Source: Thermoproteota archaeon
GTDB lineage: Archaea; Korarchaeota; Korarchaeia; Korarchaeales; JAOZGB01
DNA: 64,000 bases
Assembly: GCA_037917685.1 (NCBI GenBank)
Contig: JAVCBU010000006.1
Location: 1 to 64,000, forward strand
Direction: 5' to 3'
The notes under the pieces are model-generated. The model had not been told where the DNA came from. It was given only the letters and a program-made list of their open reading frames with translations, and searched no databases. The stretch's first letter is position 1. Each line of letters opens with the position of its first letter. The position numbers and the translations under genes were made by a program. Below, piece after piece: positions 37,086 through 47,147 of this stretch.

Positions 37086-37918
37086 GAAAAGAGGAGAAAG
37101 CGAAAATAATGGAACAGGTAATCAACGACATTAAATCCCATAAATACTCCTACTTCTGCGATTTCTACCGTTTACCAGCTAATGTTTTCCAAGCGATAAG
37201 AAGGGATCTTTCTGGACGTGCTAAGATATATGTTGCTAGAAAGAAGCTTGTGGAGCTTAGTCTCAGAAAAGCTGGATTAGACAATGTAGCAAAAAGACTA
37301 CCATCAAACATAGCATTACTATTCTCCGACATCCCACCCGGGGAAATGTGGAGAATCCTGAAGGATAGAGAAGTCGAATTATATGTTAAACGCGGGGAAG
37401 TTGCCCAAGATGACATCGTTATACCCGAAGGTCCAACGGAACTATCTCCTGGAAAGGCAAGAGAGATAAGATCTCTAGGAATAGAGACTGCAATAATCAA
37501 AGGGAAGCTAACAGTTAAAAAAGCAGCAACAGTTGTTAAAAAGGGAGAAAAGGTATCAAGAGTGATAGCCGGCTTACTTAGAGCCCTCGATATAAAACCA
37601 GTAAAGGCATGGCTTAGAATCTCTGTTGCAATGGACGATGAAGGGATCATATATACACCTGATGTTATGAGCCTCACCCCGGACGATATTAAACAGCGGG
37701 TGATGGACGCGTTTGAAAGGGCTTTCAGGATCTCATACAACATCAGGATTGTAAACAAGTACACCCTCCCGATAATGCTTTCGGAAGCTTCGCTGAAGGG
37801 TAGAATGCTGGGAATACAGATAGGATTTCCAGCTAACGAAATACTACCGGATCTAATAGGTCTTGCCCGAATAAGAGCTATGGCACTCAAATCGATGGTG
37901 GAAGGTCAAGCGGGATAA
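37082..37918 (+). CDS. rpl10: 50S ribosomal protein uL10 (P0)
   Basis: GEVAQDDIVIPEGPT and VVKKGEKVS...LDIKP; operon position. Confidence 0.92.
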   Translation: MRKEEKAKIMEQVINDIKSHKYSYFCDFYRLPANVFQAIRRDLSGRAKIYVARKKLVELSLRKAGLDNVAKRLPSNIALLFSDIPPGEMWRILKDREVELYVKRGEVAQDDIVIPEGPTELSPGKAREIRSLGIETAIIKGKLTVKKAATVVKKGEKVSRVIAGLLRALDIKPVKAWLRISVAMDDEGIIYTPDVMSLTPDDIKQRVMDAFERAFRISYNIRIVNKYTLPIMLSEASLKGRMLGIQIGFPANEILPDLIGLARIRAMALKSMVEGQAG

Positions 37919-37960
37919 ACGTTTTAAGATAGGATGGTGTAGATTAGGAGAGGGAAGACT

Positions 37961-38269
37961 ATGGGGATGGAGTACATATACGCAGCTCTTACACTTTACG
38001 AGTTGAAGCAACCGATAACCGAGGAAAACCTGGAAAAAATATTTGAAGCCTTAAATGTCGAACCGGATAAAGCAATGATAAAACATCTGGTCGAAAGCCT
38101 AAAAGAAGTCAACATAGAGGAAGCTATCAAAGCACCCATACCGATGGCTGCACCTGCAGCTGCACCTCCAGCACCAGAGGAGGAGAAGAAAGAGGAAGAA
38201 GAGAAGAAGGAGGAGAAGAAGGAGGAAGAAGAGGAAGCCATGGCTGGACTAAGTGCACTCTTCGGATGA
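37961..38269 (+). CDS. rpl12: Ribosomal stalk protein P1/L12
   Basis: MEYIYAAL...AAPAAA...EEE..GLSALFG. Confidence 0.96.
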   Translation: MGMEYIYAALTLYELKQPITEENLEKIFEALNVEPDKAMIKHLVESLKEVNIEEAIKAPIPMAAPAAAPPAPEEEKKEEEEKKEEKKEEEEEAMAGLSALFG

Positions 38270-38275
38270 GCAAAG

Positions 38276-40999
38276 TTGATTCAAAAAATTGAAGATGAAC
38301 TGAGAATCGACTACCTATTAGAAAGAGGATACATAAGGAAGAAATGTAAGATCTGCGGTGAACACTTTTGGACCGTTGACCCGGACAGAAATACCTGTGG
38401 AGAAGCACCATGCGAACCATACCAGTTTATAGGAACCGGGCTGGATAGAAAGTTCGGATGTGACGAACTACGAGAAAGGTATCTTCGCTTTTTTGAACAT
38501 AGAGGGCACAAAAGGATTAATAGATATCCCGTTGTAGCTAAATGGAGGGAAGATCTCTTCTTAACCGATGCATCTATAATAGACTTTCAGCCGTATGTCA
38601 CGGAGGGCCTTATTCCCCCACCTGCCAACCCGCTGACAATTTCACAGGTATGTATAAGGCTGAAGGACATAGATAAGGTTGGATTAACGCTGGGCAGGCA
38701 CTTAACGATATTTGAAATGATGGCTCACCATGCATTTAATAGACCTAACCGAGAGATATATTGGAAAAACGAGACTGTTAAGCTTCATCATGAGTTTGCT
38801 ATGGAAGTTCTCGGGGTAAAAGACGAGGACATAATATATAAGGAAGGAATCTGGGAGGGGGGAGGCAATGCTGGGCCTGACTTTGAGTGTATAATAAAGG
38901 GATTGGAAACTGCAACATTAGTTTTCATGTCTTATAAAGTGAAGAATGGAAATTATGAGAAATTACCTACGAGAACTGTAGATACCGGGTATGGTCTTGA
39001 AAGAATGGTATGGCTTTCAAATGGCAGCCCGACTGCTTTTCAACCTGTTTATCCAAATCAAATGGAGAAATTCAGGCAATTACTAGGAGTAAAGCTTCCC
39101 GACGAAAAACTCTTGAATGAATATTCAAAAATCTCAAGTTTAATGGTCAAAGTGGAGAGGGGTGTTTCATACCGAAGTATAAGGATGGAAGCTGCTAAGA
39201 TCCTAAATATCGATTGGGAAGAACTTGACAGGATCCTTACTCCTATAGAGAGGCTATTTGGACTTTTAGATCATACAAAAACCATAACTTTCATGTTAGC
39301 TGACGGTCTCATACCGTCTAACACTAATGAAGGTTATCTGGGTCGTTTGGTTATTAGGAGAGCTTTAAAACTTCTCAGACTCCTTGGGGCAAATGTAAAC
39401 CTATCAGACTTGGTTGATATCCAAATTAGATATTTGTCCGAATCATTTCCAGAGCTACGGGAAAGAAGAGATAGAATCCTAGAGATTGTAGATCTGGAGG
39501 AACGACGTTTCAAGCAAACAATAGATAAAGGAATCAGAATAATTGGGCGAATGATAAAAGAAGGGAGGAGAAAATTTACCCCTGAAGTACTTATTGAATT
39601 GTATGATACTTACGGCTTACCCCCGGAAATAGTTAGGGAAGTCGCATATTCAAAAGTAGACGTAGTGGTGCCTGATAACTTCTATGAACTTGTAGCCAAG
39701 AAGCACTACTCAACCCCTCCGACTATTCAGGAAGTAGTTCCTTTCGAGAAGGAAACAGCAAATATGCCACCTACAGAACCTTTATACTATGAGGACCCTT
39801 ATATAAGAGAGTTTAATGCAAGGATCTTGAAGATATTTGGAAAATATGTAGTATTGGATAAAACAGCTTTCTATCCCGAGGGGGGAGGTCAACCATCAGA
39901 CACAGGCACCTTAAAGTTTGAAAATAGTGAGACAAGGGTGGTCTCTGTTAAGAAATCTAAAGATGTAATTATCCACGAGGTTGAGGATACAAGATATCTA
40001 AAAGTTGGGATGGAAGTGAAGGGCTTTATAGATTGGGAGAAAAGATTATCCCTTATGCGCCACCACACCGGGACCCACATACTTCTAGAAGCTTGTAAAA
40101 GGGTTCTTGGCGATCACGTCAGACAGGCTGGTGCACAGAAGGGCCCCAGGGAAAGTAGGCTTGACATTGCTCACTACAAGCCTATTAGCGAAGAAGAACT
40201 TGTGAGAATAGAAGTGGAAGCAAATAGAGCGATAATGAGCAACTTACCAGTAATTACAAGGTGGGTTGATAGAGATAAGGCTGAAAGGGAATATGGATTT
40301 GACATATATCAAGGCGGCGTGGTCCCTGGGGTTAAGCTTAGAATAGTTGAAATTAAAAAATACAATATACAAGCATGCGGGGGAACACATGTTAGAAACA
40401 CCGGAGAAGTAGGGCCTATCAGAATCATACGAAGTAAGAGAATACAGGATGGAGTTGTTAGACTTGAGTTTGCCGCTGGTATTCCCGCACTCCAACTAAT
40501 AGAAAAAGAAAGGATGAAAGTTAGATCTATAGCTAGAAAGCTTGGTGTTGACTCTGAAAGAGTCGATGAAGCGGTATCTGAACTTCTGAAGAAGGAGAAA
40601 AGTCTCAAAAAACAAGTAGAAGAACTATACGAGACGTACAATGAGATTTTATCTAAGAAACTCCTTGAAAGCGCTGTTGAGATCGATGGCTTGAAGTTTA
40701 TCGTACACTCAGAAACTAAGGCCGAAAGGCCGATGTTAATCGACCTTGGTGGTAGGATAATAGAGATGAATCCTAACACCATCGTAGTACTTACTGGGGG
40801 AGGAGCACCTTTACCCTTAGTTGTGATGTTAGGTAGCTCTGTGAGAGAAAGAGGAGGCGACGCTGTAGAAATTATTCATTTAATAACGGGGGGAAGAGGG
40901 GGAGGAGACAAAAGACTGGCCCAAGGAGCTGTAAGTGAGGTAAACTTTGAAAAAATGAAAGAGATAATTCTTAAATATGTCAGAAAACTTAAGACTTGA
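38276..40999 (+). CDS. alaS: Alanine--tRNA ligase
   Basis: ASIIDFQP, GRHLTIFEMMAHHAFN, HTGTH, CGGTH and GGG..LAQG. Confidence 0.97.
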   Translation: MIQKIEDELRIDYLLERGYIRKKCKICGEHFWTVDPDRNTCGEAPCEPYQFIGTGLDRKFGCDELRERYLRFFEHRGHKRINRYPVVAKWREDLFLTDASIIDFQPYVTEGLIPPPANPLTISQVCIRLKDIDKVGLTLGRHLTIFEMMAHHAFNRPNREIYWKNETVKLHHEFAMEVLGVKDEDIIYKEGIWEGGGNAGPDFECIIKGLETATLVFMSYKVKNGNYEKLPTRTVDTGYGLERMVWLSNGSPTAFQPVYPNQMEKFRQLLGVKLPDEKLLNEYSKISSLMVKVERGVSYRSIRMEAAKILNIDWEELDRILTPIERLFGLLDHTKTITFMLADGLIPSNTNEGYLGRLVIRRALKLLRLLGANVNLSDLVDIQIRYLSESFPELRERRDRILEIVDLEERRFKQTIDKGIRIIGRMIKEGRRKFTPEVLIELYDTYGLPPEIVREVAYSKVDVVVPDNFYELVAKKHYSTPPTIQEVVPFEKETANMPPTEPLYYEDPYIREFNARILKIFGKYVVLDKTAFYPEGGGQPSDTGTLKFENSETRVVSVKKSKDVIIHEVEDTRYLKVGMEVKGFIDWEKRLSLMRHHTGTHILLEACKRVLGDHVRQAGAQKGPRESRLDIAHYKPISEEELVRIEVEANRAIMSNLPVITRWVDRDKAEREYGFDIYQGGVVPGVKLRIVEIKKYNIQACGGTHVRNTGEVGPIRIIRSKRIQDGVVRLEFAAGIPALQLIEKERMKVRSIARKLGVDSERVDEAVSELLKKEKSLKKQVEELYETYNEILSKKLLESAVEIDGLKFIVHSETKAERPMLIDLGGRIIEMNPNTIVVLTGGGAPLPLVVMLGSSVRERGGDAVEIIHLITGGRGGGDKRLAQGAVSEVNFEKMKEIILKYVRKLKT

Positions 41000-41666
41000 C
41001 ACCATCGGAAAAGCTATTAAAGATTACAAATATTTGATAGATAAAGGCTATAAGTGGAGGTCAGCCCTCAACCTTGTTACTGGAAGATATCTATTGAATA
41101 GGTCCGAAAGGGCATTTATATTTAGAGCCGTCCACCCTCATGAAGTAATACTCAACGTAAAACATAAGATTTTAAAGCCTGAAGAGATAAGTGGTTTACA
41201 ACTCGGAATTGATGGATTTAACGTTTTAATAACGCTTGAAACAATGGTAAAGAGAGAGCTGCTAATTAGATGTGATGATGAACTTCTGAGAGATCTGCAA
41301 GGGCTTTTCTTAAGGTATAAGATTTCCGAATATACGTATAGAGCTTTAGGATTGATAGAAGAGTTCATATCCGCGTTTAATCCATCGAGGACGTTTATGT
41401 ATCTTGACAGAAGAAAGAGTAAAAGCGGAGAACTCGCGCGTGTGATCAGGTTTTTAACAAAAAACATTTCTGTACACACCGTTGAAAAAGCCGATATTAA
41501 AGCTTCAGAATCAGAGGTAACAGCTACAAGTGACATAGTTTCCGCTACAAAGGCAGAAAAAATAGTAGACATCCCTAAATACTTCATATCACGTTATGTA
41601 AAAAACGCAGTGAAGCTTGAATACGATGGAAACATAATTGTCTTCAATTTCAATGTTATGGGGTAA
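40977..41666 (+). CDS. DUF434 family protein
   Basis: DYKYLIDKGY, IDGFNVLIT, DD..RD and SKSGELA. Confidence 0.85.
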   Translation: MSENLRLDTIGKAIKDYKYLIDKGYKWRSALNLVTGRYLLNRSERAFIFRAVHPHEVILNVKHKILKPEEISGLQLGIDGFNVLITLETMVKRELLIRCDDELLRDLQGLFLRYKISEYTYRALGLIEEFISAFNPSRTFMYLDRRKSKSGELARVIRFLTKNISVHTVEKADIKASESEVTATSDIVSATKAEKIVDIPKYFISRYVKNAVKLEYDGNIIVFNFNVMG

Positions 41667-42297
41667 CGTACAGCTTTCCCAACATCATTAAAGCCAAATC
41701 TAGGTCAGAAACGCTATTTCCGTACTCATCTATTATTGGGACAGAGGATTCCACAAACTCTACAGGCATCTGGCTTAGCCATCTTATCATCATGCCTTCG
41801 GATCCTCCCGGCTTGATGATTGCAAGCCATAATATTCCTTCATCTCCCTTCCTTAAGCCTAGCACATAGGGCTTTGCAAGCGCTAGGGTGAGTCTATCAA
41901 TAGAAAGAGATAATCCGAAGTCAGACTTACCTTCAATTATTATCGAGTTGTTCCTGCAGACCACTATCCTGTTATGTCTACCTCCAGAGTGTGGCCCCCT
42001 AATCAGTATGTGAACCCTATAACTCAGCAGGAGCTCCCTCGATGTATTTTCTAAAATCGAAGACGAGAGGTTTGCCGGGCCTATTCTAGCCGCTGAAAAT
42101 ATGGCTGTATCTTCGCCGATCGTTAGACCTACCTGGAATAATAAAGTTTTGTTACCATATTCCAGCTCCTTACTACTATATAGCACTAAGATCTGTTGTT
42201 TCGGCTGTAAGCTGCTTCCTAGCAGGTACCACACAGCCACTAATATAGATATAAAGAAGAGAGACGCCAAAAACCCGTAAACTACTTTCCTACCCAA
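41656..42297 (-). CDS. N-terminally membrane-anchored hypothetical protein
   Basis: Single N-terminal TM; coupled to the upstream surface-protein gene. Confidence 0.65.
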   Translation of the reverse strand: MGRKVVYGFLASLFFISILVAVWYLLGSSLQPKQQILVLYSSKELEYGNKTLLFQVGLTIGEDTAIFSAARIGPANLSSSILENTSRELLLSYRVHILIRGPHSGGRHNRIVVCRNNSIIIEGKSDFGLSLSIDRLTLALAKPYVLGLRKGDEGILWLAIIKPGGSEGMMIRWLSQMPVEFVESSVPIIDEYGNSVSDLDLALMMLGKLYVTP

Positions 42298-44683
42298 GCC
42301 TAGCCCTCCCTCTTCTAATCCCTATGGAGACATGTTTTCTCTTCATCGACGAGCTTACCCTTCTACCAACACGCCATACTATTAAGCTTACCACCACTAT
42401 AATTATCGCTACTACTAGGATTTTAAACCATGTTGAGACAACCACGTACAAGGTCAGATGTGTAGACCCGGAGTAGCCTGTAAGAGCTCTACCTTTTGCA
42501 TCCTCGTACGAAAACTCTGTTTTTATGGATGTTGTAATTCTAGGTAGTGTGTAGATATATCCTGCTTTTATCTTAAAGGCTAGCTCCACCGCCTTCCCAG
42601 GGTTTAGCTGACTTATAGTATAGACTAGTCTACCTCCTGAAACTGACAGATTTCCTGGATCCTCGATTTTTAGCTCCTTAGGTATTTGAATCTTTATAGA
42701 TGCATTTACAGCCGGCTGATTTCCATCATTGGAGATCTTTACTCTGACAGTCTTTTTCTCCGCCCATTCAATAAGTATTTGTGACTGGTTTACCTCCTCT
42801 GGAAGCTGTACTGAAACAACGAGCTTAGGTCTTTGAACCATTATGTTTGAGGCTTTAGAAACATTTCTTAACCGTTTTAGTGCATCGCTGTAAGACACGA
42901 AGGTGGTGGCAAGCGTGATTTCTCCAGGGTCGGCTTCGCCGGGCTTCGCTACGTAAGTAAAGGTTATGTACTCTCCTGGTTTCATTGTTGTGATTGATAA
43001 TCCAGTGGTGAATAGGGAAACAGATGTGTTCATATAGTCAGCAATATATATGCCTTCACCTAGTTCTTCACGTATCATTACGTTTTTGGCATTCATGTCG
43101 CCATTGTTTTTGAGCATTATAGACACTGTAACTAGACCTTCAAGCTCGACTGTTTGGGGGCTGACGGTCTTTGTTATCTGGATTTCCGAATTTCTAGCTA
43201 TTTCAAATTTATATTTGCGGGTCTGAATAGGCATTTCTCTATCGTCTACAAGCATTACAACAATGAATGTTAGTTCCACCGTCTGGAGGCTTGCTGTTTC
43301 TGGGCTTTTAAGGGATATTGAATATGTATGCACGTCTCCAGGGTTTAGATACGCCTCCTTACCGGACTCGGACAGTACGGTTAGAAAGTTGGGTTTTTCA
43401 GTGTAGCACTTAATGTTGAGTGGGTATTCAGCCTCACTTGTAATTGCCATTGTGAAAGTGGCGTCCCCCCCTGCTACCAGTCTGATAGGGGTATAACTTT
43501 CATCTATATATTCGCTTAACACACTTATCTGTGACGTACTAATGCTGGTTACAGTTGCCCAATCTAGGAATAGTGGTACAACGTGGGTAGGTGGTATAAC
43601 GTCTATATGTGCAAATCCTGTGTTTGTAAATGCACCGTTAGGTAGCTGGCTAAATACAAGGCTTGTCATACTATCCATTAGCAAACCCTTAAGCTCTTCT
43701 GACTCCATATAGCCCAGGAAAGTAGTTTGTATCAGGGCCATCCCCGGAAATATTGCATCCATGGGCTGTGCTATATTAATCATGTTGAATACTATCCAGC
43801 TTAGGGCTCCCTGTATAATCTCATCAGAGACCTGGAATCCTTGAGCTTTAGCTAAACATAGCGAATATAAAGCCATCGACGTTACGATCATCTTATCCCA
43901 TCCTGACCTATATTTAGACTCACTTTCCCAGTAGACTTTATCCCCTGACTTCACCGCTTTCTGAACTATAAAGCTGATAGCCGACTGGATGACATCATTG
44001 CCCACAGGGCCGTTAACTTTTTTGGCGTCTAGGAGGGCAACAAGAACTTCTGCTGTCACGCCGGGTAAGGTGTGTTTTTCAGATGGTAACTGAGAGTTAG
44101 GAGATAAAGGCCACCCTCCAGATGCATCTCTTATAGAAACTAGGTCTCTAACAGCCCTGTCAAAATTATCATCATAGTCTATTATACCATTTCTAACGGC
44201 TGCTGAAAGGAACCTTACACAATGTGCTGTTACATCCGAATATATCGTGGCACCGGCGGGTTTATCTGACCATCCGGTTCTGTCCAGAGATTTAATCCTG
44301 TATAGTGTCTGTGCAATTTTAACCACATGTTCCTTTATGGATCTCTTATTACTCTCAACATAGGATAATCTAAAACTGTTTTCTAAGCCTATTGTCAGGG
44401 CATAGCCTATTCTTGCGTTTTCATCCACTGCCTGCTCTGCAAACCCTCCAAATCCACTAACAATCCATAGTATCCCATCCTCATCATACCCCGACGTCCT
44501 CTCTGACCGATGCGGCACTCCAGCGTGTATATAGCTTATTGCTTTGTTAACCGAGGATAGAAACGTTGCCTGTTGAGAGTATACCGATACTGCGTGAGAG
44601 GTAACTATAAGGAATATTAAAAGTACGACAACACACACATGTTTCAATTCCACCGCTATCCTCCTACTAGTGGGATGAAACAT
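42290..44683 (-). CDS. Surface protein: prenyltransferase/squalene-cyclase-like alpha-barrel plus DUF11/Ig-like domains and C-terminal TM
   Basis: Signal peptide; repeats like SIRDASGGW and SQLPNGAF; ITKTVSP..V.V.I.LKNNG..A.NV; C-terminal TM with basic tail. Confidence 0.75.
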   Translation of the reverse strand: MFHPTSRRIAVELKHVCVVVLLIFLIVTSHAVSVYSQQATFLSSVNKAISYIHAGVPHRSERTSGYDEDGILWIVSGFGGFAEQAVDENARIGYALTIGLENSFRLSYVESNKRSIKEHVVKIAQTLYRIKSLDRTGWSDKPAGATIYSDVTAHCVRFLSAAVRNGIIDYDDNFDRAVRDLVSIRDASGGWPLSPNSQLPSEKHTLPGVTAEVLVALLDAKKVNGPVGNDVIQSAISFIVQKAVKSGDKVYWESESKYRSGWDKMIVTSMALYSLCLAKAQGFQVSDEIIQGALSWIVFNMINIAQPMDAIFPGMALIQTTFLGYMESEELKGLLMDSMTSLVFSQLPNGAFTNTGFAHIDVIPPTHVVPLFLDWATVTSISTSQISVLSEYIDESYTPIRLVAGGDATFTMAITSEAEYPLNIKCYTEKPNFLTVLSESGKEAYLNPGDVHTYSISLKSPETASLQTVELTFIVVMLVDDREMPIQTRKYKFEIARNSEIQITKTVSPQTVELEGLVTVSIMLKNNGDMNAKNVMIREELGEGIYIADYMNTSVSLFTTGLSITTMKPGEYITFTYVAKPGEADPGEITLATTFVSYSDALKRLRNVSKASNIMVQRPKLVVSVQLPEEVNQSQILIEWAEKKTVRVKISNDGNQPAVNASIKIQIPKELKIEDPGNLSVSGGRLVYTISQLNPGKAVELAFKIKAGYIYTLPRITTSIKTEFSYEDAKGRALTGYSGSTHLTLYVVVSTWFKILVVAIIIVVVSLIVWRVGRRVSSSMKRKHVSIGIRRGRARLG

Positions 44684-44805
44684 TAATTAAATTTAACCGA
44701 CGATCAACGAATAATAAGTTTAGAGAATTGTTTGGGAAACACATCTTCTGTGAAACGATTTAGACTATGGTGAAATTCCGATTATAAGATTATATGTATA
44801 TTATG

Positions 44806-44880
44806 CGGGCCCGGCGGGACTCGAACCCGCGGCTTCTGGCTTAGAAGGCCAGCGCTCTATCCTAGCTGAGCTACGGGCCC
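44806..44880 (-). tRNA. tRNA-Arg(TCT), no intron
   Basis: GGGCCCG acceptor, A20, CT-TCT-AA loop, G73. Confidence 0.95.
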
Positions 44881-44925
44881 ATAGCATAAAAGGAAGAGTA
44901 TGTTTTAAAGTTTTTAGATGAGACT

Positions 44926-47022
44926 TTAGAATCCAAGTCTTCTAGCTGATGGTCTAGAGATTACAGGTAGCCCTACCGTTAGTGCAACTACGAGTAACCC
45001 TACGAGAACGATCATTATTATTAAGGTAGATAGTAGAATCATTCTAACAGTGTATGGGACGACTGCGGTGAAGCTAGCTGTAATATTTCCCTCTATGGAC
45101 AGTTTTATCGATCCGTCTGGTGATAAGTAGCTCATCTCTATGGGGGTTATATTAAAGATGCCTGGAATAATTGGTTTGAATTCTAGCTCTATCCTTTGGA
45201 ATTCTCCGGGTGACATTGACTGGATGTAAAGTGACGCAACTCTTTGACCGCTTAACTGGACGTTATTTGGTTTTAATGATAGGATGTCTAAACCCTTAGG
45301 AATCTTAAATGATAATTTGACGTCGACAGCTGGCCCGTTTCCCTCGTTTTCCACCTCTATAACATATTTTGTATACTCTCCTACGGGTATTGTCTGGTTT
45401 GGAGCTTCTAAAATTCTAACTTTCACTTGTGGGGTTACGATTGATACTAGTCCGCCCTCGTTGCTGTATTCCATATGTTGAACATCGTATTCGTCCGTGT
45501 ACTCAACTCTCGCTGATCCTAGCGAGACTGTACCAACTTTCACCGCCGTTAGTTCATACACGAGGCTTATAGACTCTCCGGGGCTAAGCTGTGGAACATT
45601 CTGGGAAACAGATCCTGTCTTCAGGTTAAAGTACGATGATGGGTATTCGTCCTCGATCTTCACATTTCTTGCCATACCATTACCCTCGTTTGTAACTGTG
45701 ATTGTTACTCTCACGGTACCTCCTACCCCAACCCATGAGGCCGAGACTGTTTTTGTGATGGTTAGAACGGCTTTTCCAGGCTCTACGACGGTTAGCTCGA
45801 TGCTTGATGTGCTGATATAACTGTTACCATATGCATCAAAATAGTATCCGGTTATTGTAATTCTATATTTCTTTTCGCCAACAATGGAATACTCTGGGAC
45901 TCTTACTATGAACTTAATTGGCTCTGCTAGCGACTGCCCGGGTCTTAATGGTGCAGTTGAGCCGTTAGGCCAAATAAATCTTATAGGTTTACTTATACCT
46001 CCAACAACTGTTCCAAACTTTGAAGGATTCTGGAATGTTAGGGTTAGATCAGCGGGGGTTGTATTAATATATATCTCAACGTTGTAAGCCGAGCCGTTGC
46101 CTACATTTAACGGGTTTACTGTAACCTGAGCTGTATCTCCAGGTTTCAAGGTGGACTTTGTTGTCACTACGTTGAAAGTTAGTCGGGGAATTCCTCTTGC
46201 CGTGGCCTTCGTACCCACTGTGATTTGAATAACGTAGGTTGCATGAGATATACCTGTTGTAGGTTCAAGCAGGTCGCTATAGGCTACGTCAAATGGTATT
46301 GGAATGAGTTTATATTCGCTTGAGGCTTCCACTTCTAGGTTGAAGTTTAGAATTATGCTCTCATTGACAGCAAGGTTGGTCCGGTGACCGTAGATGACAT
46401 CGCTTCCTGCTCCAACTGATACTTCCCCTGTTGTTGGAAGTATCAGCATGTAGGTAAGTTCTTCTATGTCTACTGTGCCGGTGTTGGTTAGATTCATCTT
46501 GACGTTAACGGTTCCACCTGAAAAGGGTACGTTGGCCATTGGGGGCTCAGCTGTAATTTGGATCTCATACTTAACCTCATAGATACAGTCGTAGATATCA
46601 ATAATCGCATAGTAGTTCCCCTCTGCATCTTGATGGGCGGATTTAAATAGGAATGAGAATATTTTCTTGGCTGAAGGACCGAATCCTTCGTAGTAGGTCG
46701 CGTTAAACCCTGGTACAACGACGTTTTCTCCTACCCAGTTATACTTAAGGTTTCCTGTCTCCCTGTCATAAAGTTTGATTGAGTTACCCTTATCTACACC
46801 TCCAGGAAGTATTATCCTATCATACATCAAGTAGTATGGCCCAAAGTAGAACTTTGTAACCTCATCGAAAAGCTTAACGTCTGTATAATTGTACGTGTTT
46901 TGGAAGGGCTCCCCCCTGGTAAGGATGAGAATTCCATGTCCGACAGGAGCAATTAAAGATAATAGCAGTATACACAACAGTGGCAGAACAATCTTACCAT
47001 GAGTAGTCCACATAATCATCAT
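44926..47022 (-). CDS. Surface protein with tandem DUF11/COG1361 Ig-like domains and C-terminal TM
   Basis: Signal peptide; repeated N.G.G.A.NV motifs; C-terminal TM. Confidence 0.8.
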   Translation of the reverse strand: MMIMWTTHGKIVLPLLCILLLSLIAPVGHGILILTRGEPFQNTYNYTDVKLFDEVTKFYFGPYYLMYDRIILPGGVDKGNSIKLYDRETGNLKYNWVGENVVVPGFNATYYEGFGPSAKKIFSFLFKSAHQDAEGNYYAIIDIYDCIYEVKYEIQITAEPPMANVPFSGGTVNVKMNLTNTGTVDIEELTYMLILPTTGEVSVGAGSDVIYGHRTNLAVNESIILNFNLEVEASSEYKLIPIPFDVAYSDLLEPTTGISHATYVIQITVGTKATARGIPRLTFNVVTTKSTLKPGDTAQVTVNPLNVGNGSAYNVEIYINTTPADLTLTFQNPSKFGTVVGGISKPIRFIWPNGSTAPLRPGQSLAEPIKFIVRVPEYSIVGEKKYRITITGYYFDAYGNSYISTSSIELTVVEPGKAVLTITKTVSASWVGVGGTVRVTITVTNEGNGMARNVKIEDEYPSSYFNLKTGSVSQNVPQLSPGESISLVYELTAVKVGTVSLGSARVEYTDEYDVQHMEYSNEGGLVSIVTPQVKVRILEAPNQTIPVGEYTKYVIEVENEGNGPAVDVKLSFKIPKGLDILSLKPNNVQLSGQRVASLYIQSMSPGEFQRIELEFKPIIPGIFNITPIEMSYLSPDGSIKLSIEGNITASFTAVVPYTVRMILLSTLIIMIVLVGLLVVALTVGLPVISRPSARRLGF

Positions 47023-47147
47023 GCTTATAGATAAGGTAAGCGAGCCTTTTAAAAAATATGCACGACGGGCTAGGTGATATATGTCTAACAGCGAAATTCA
47101 TAAAACGTGGAAACTGCTAGTAGAAAATAAAAATGGGAAGGGGAGGT

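Noticed and set aside
34449-37890. Long antisense ORFs opposite ftsZ and rpl10 (and similar ones elsewhere)
   Set aside because: Ser/Ile-rich shadow frames of conserved genes.
38177-38236. GAG/AAG low-complexity repeat
   Set aside because: It encodes the normal acidic hinge of stalk protein P1/L12.
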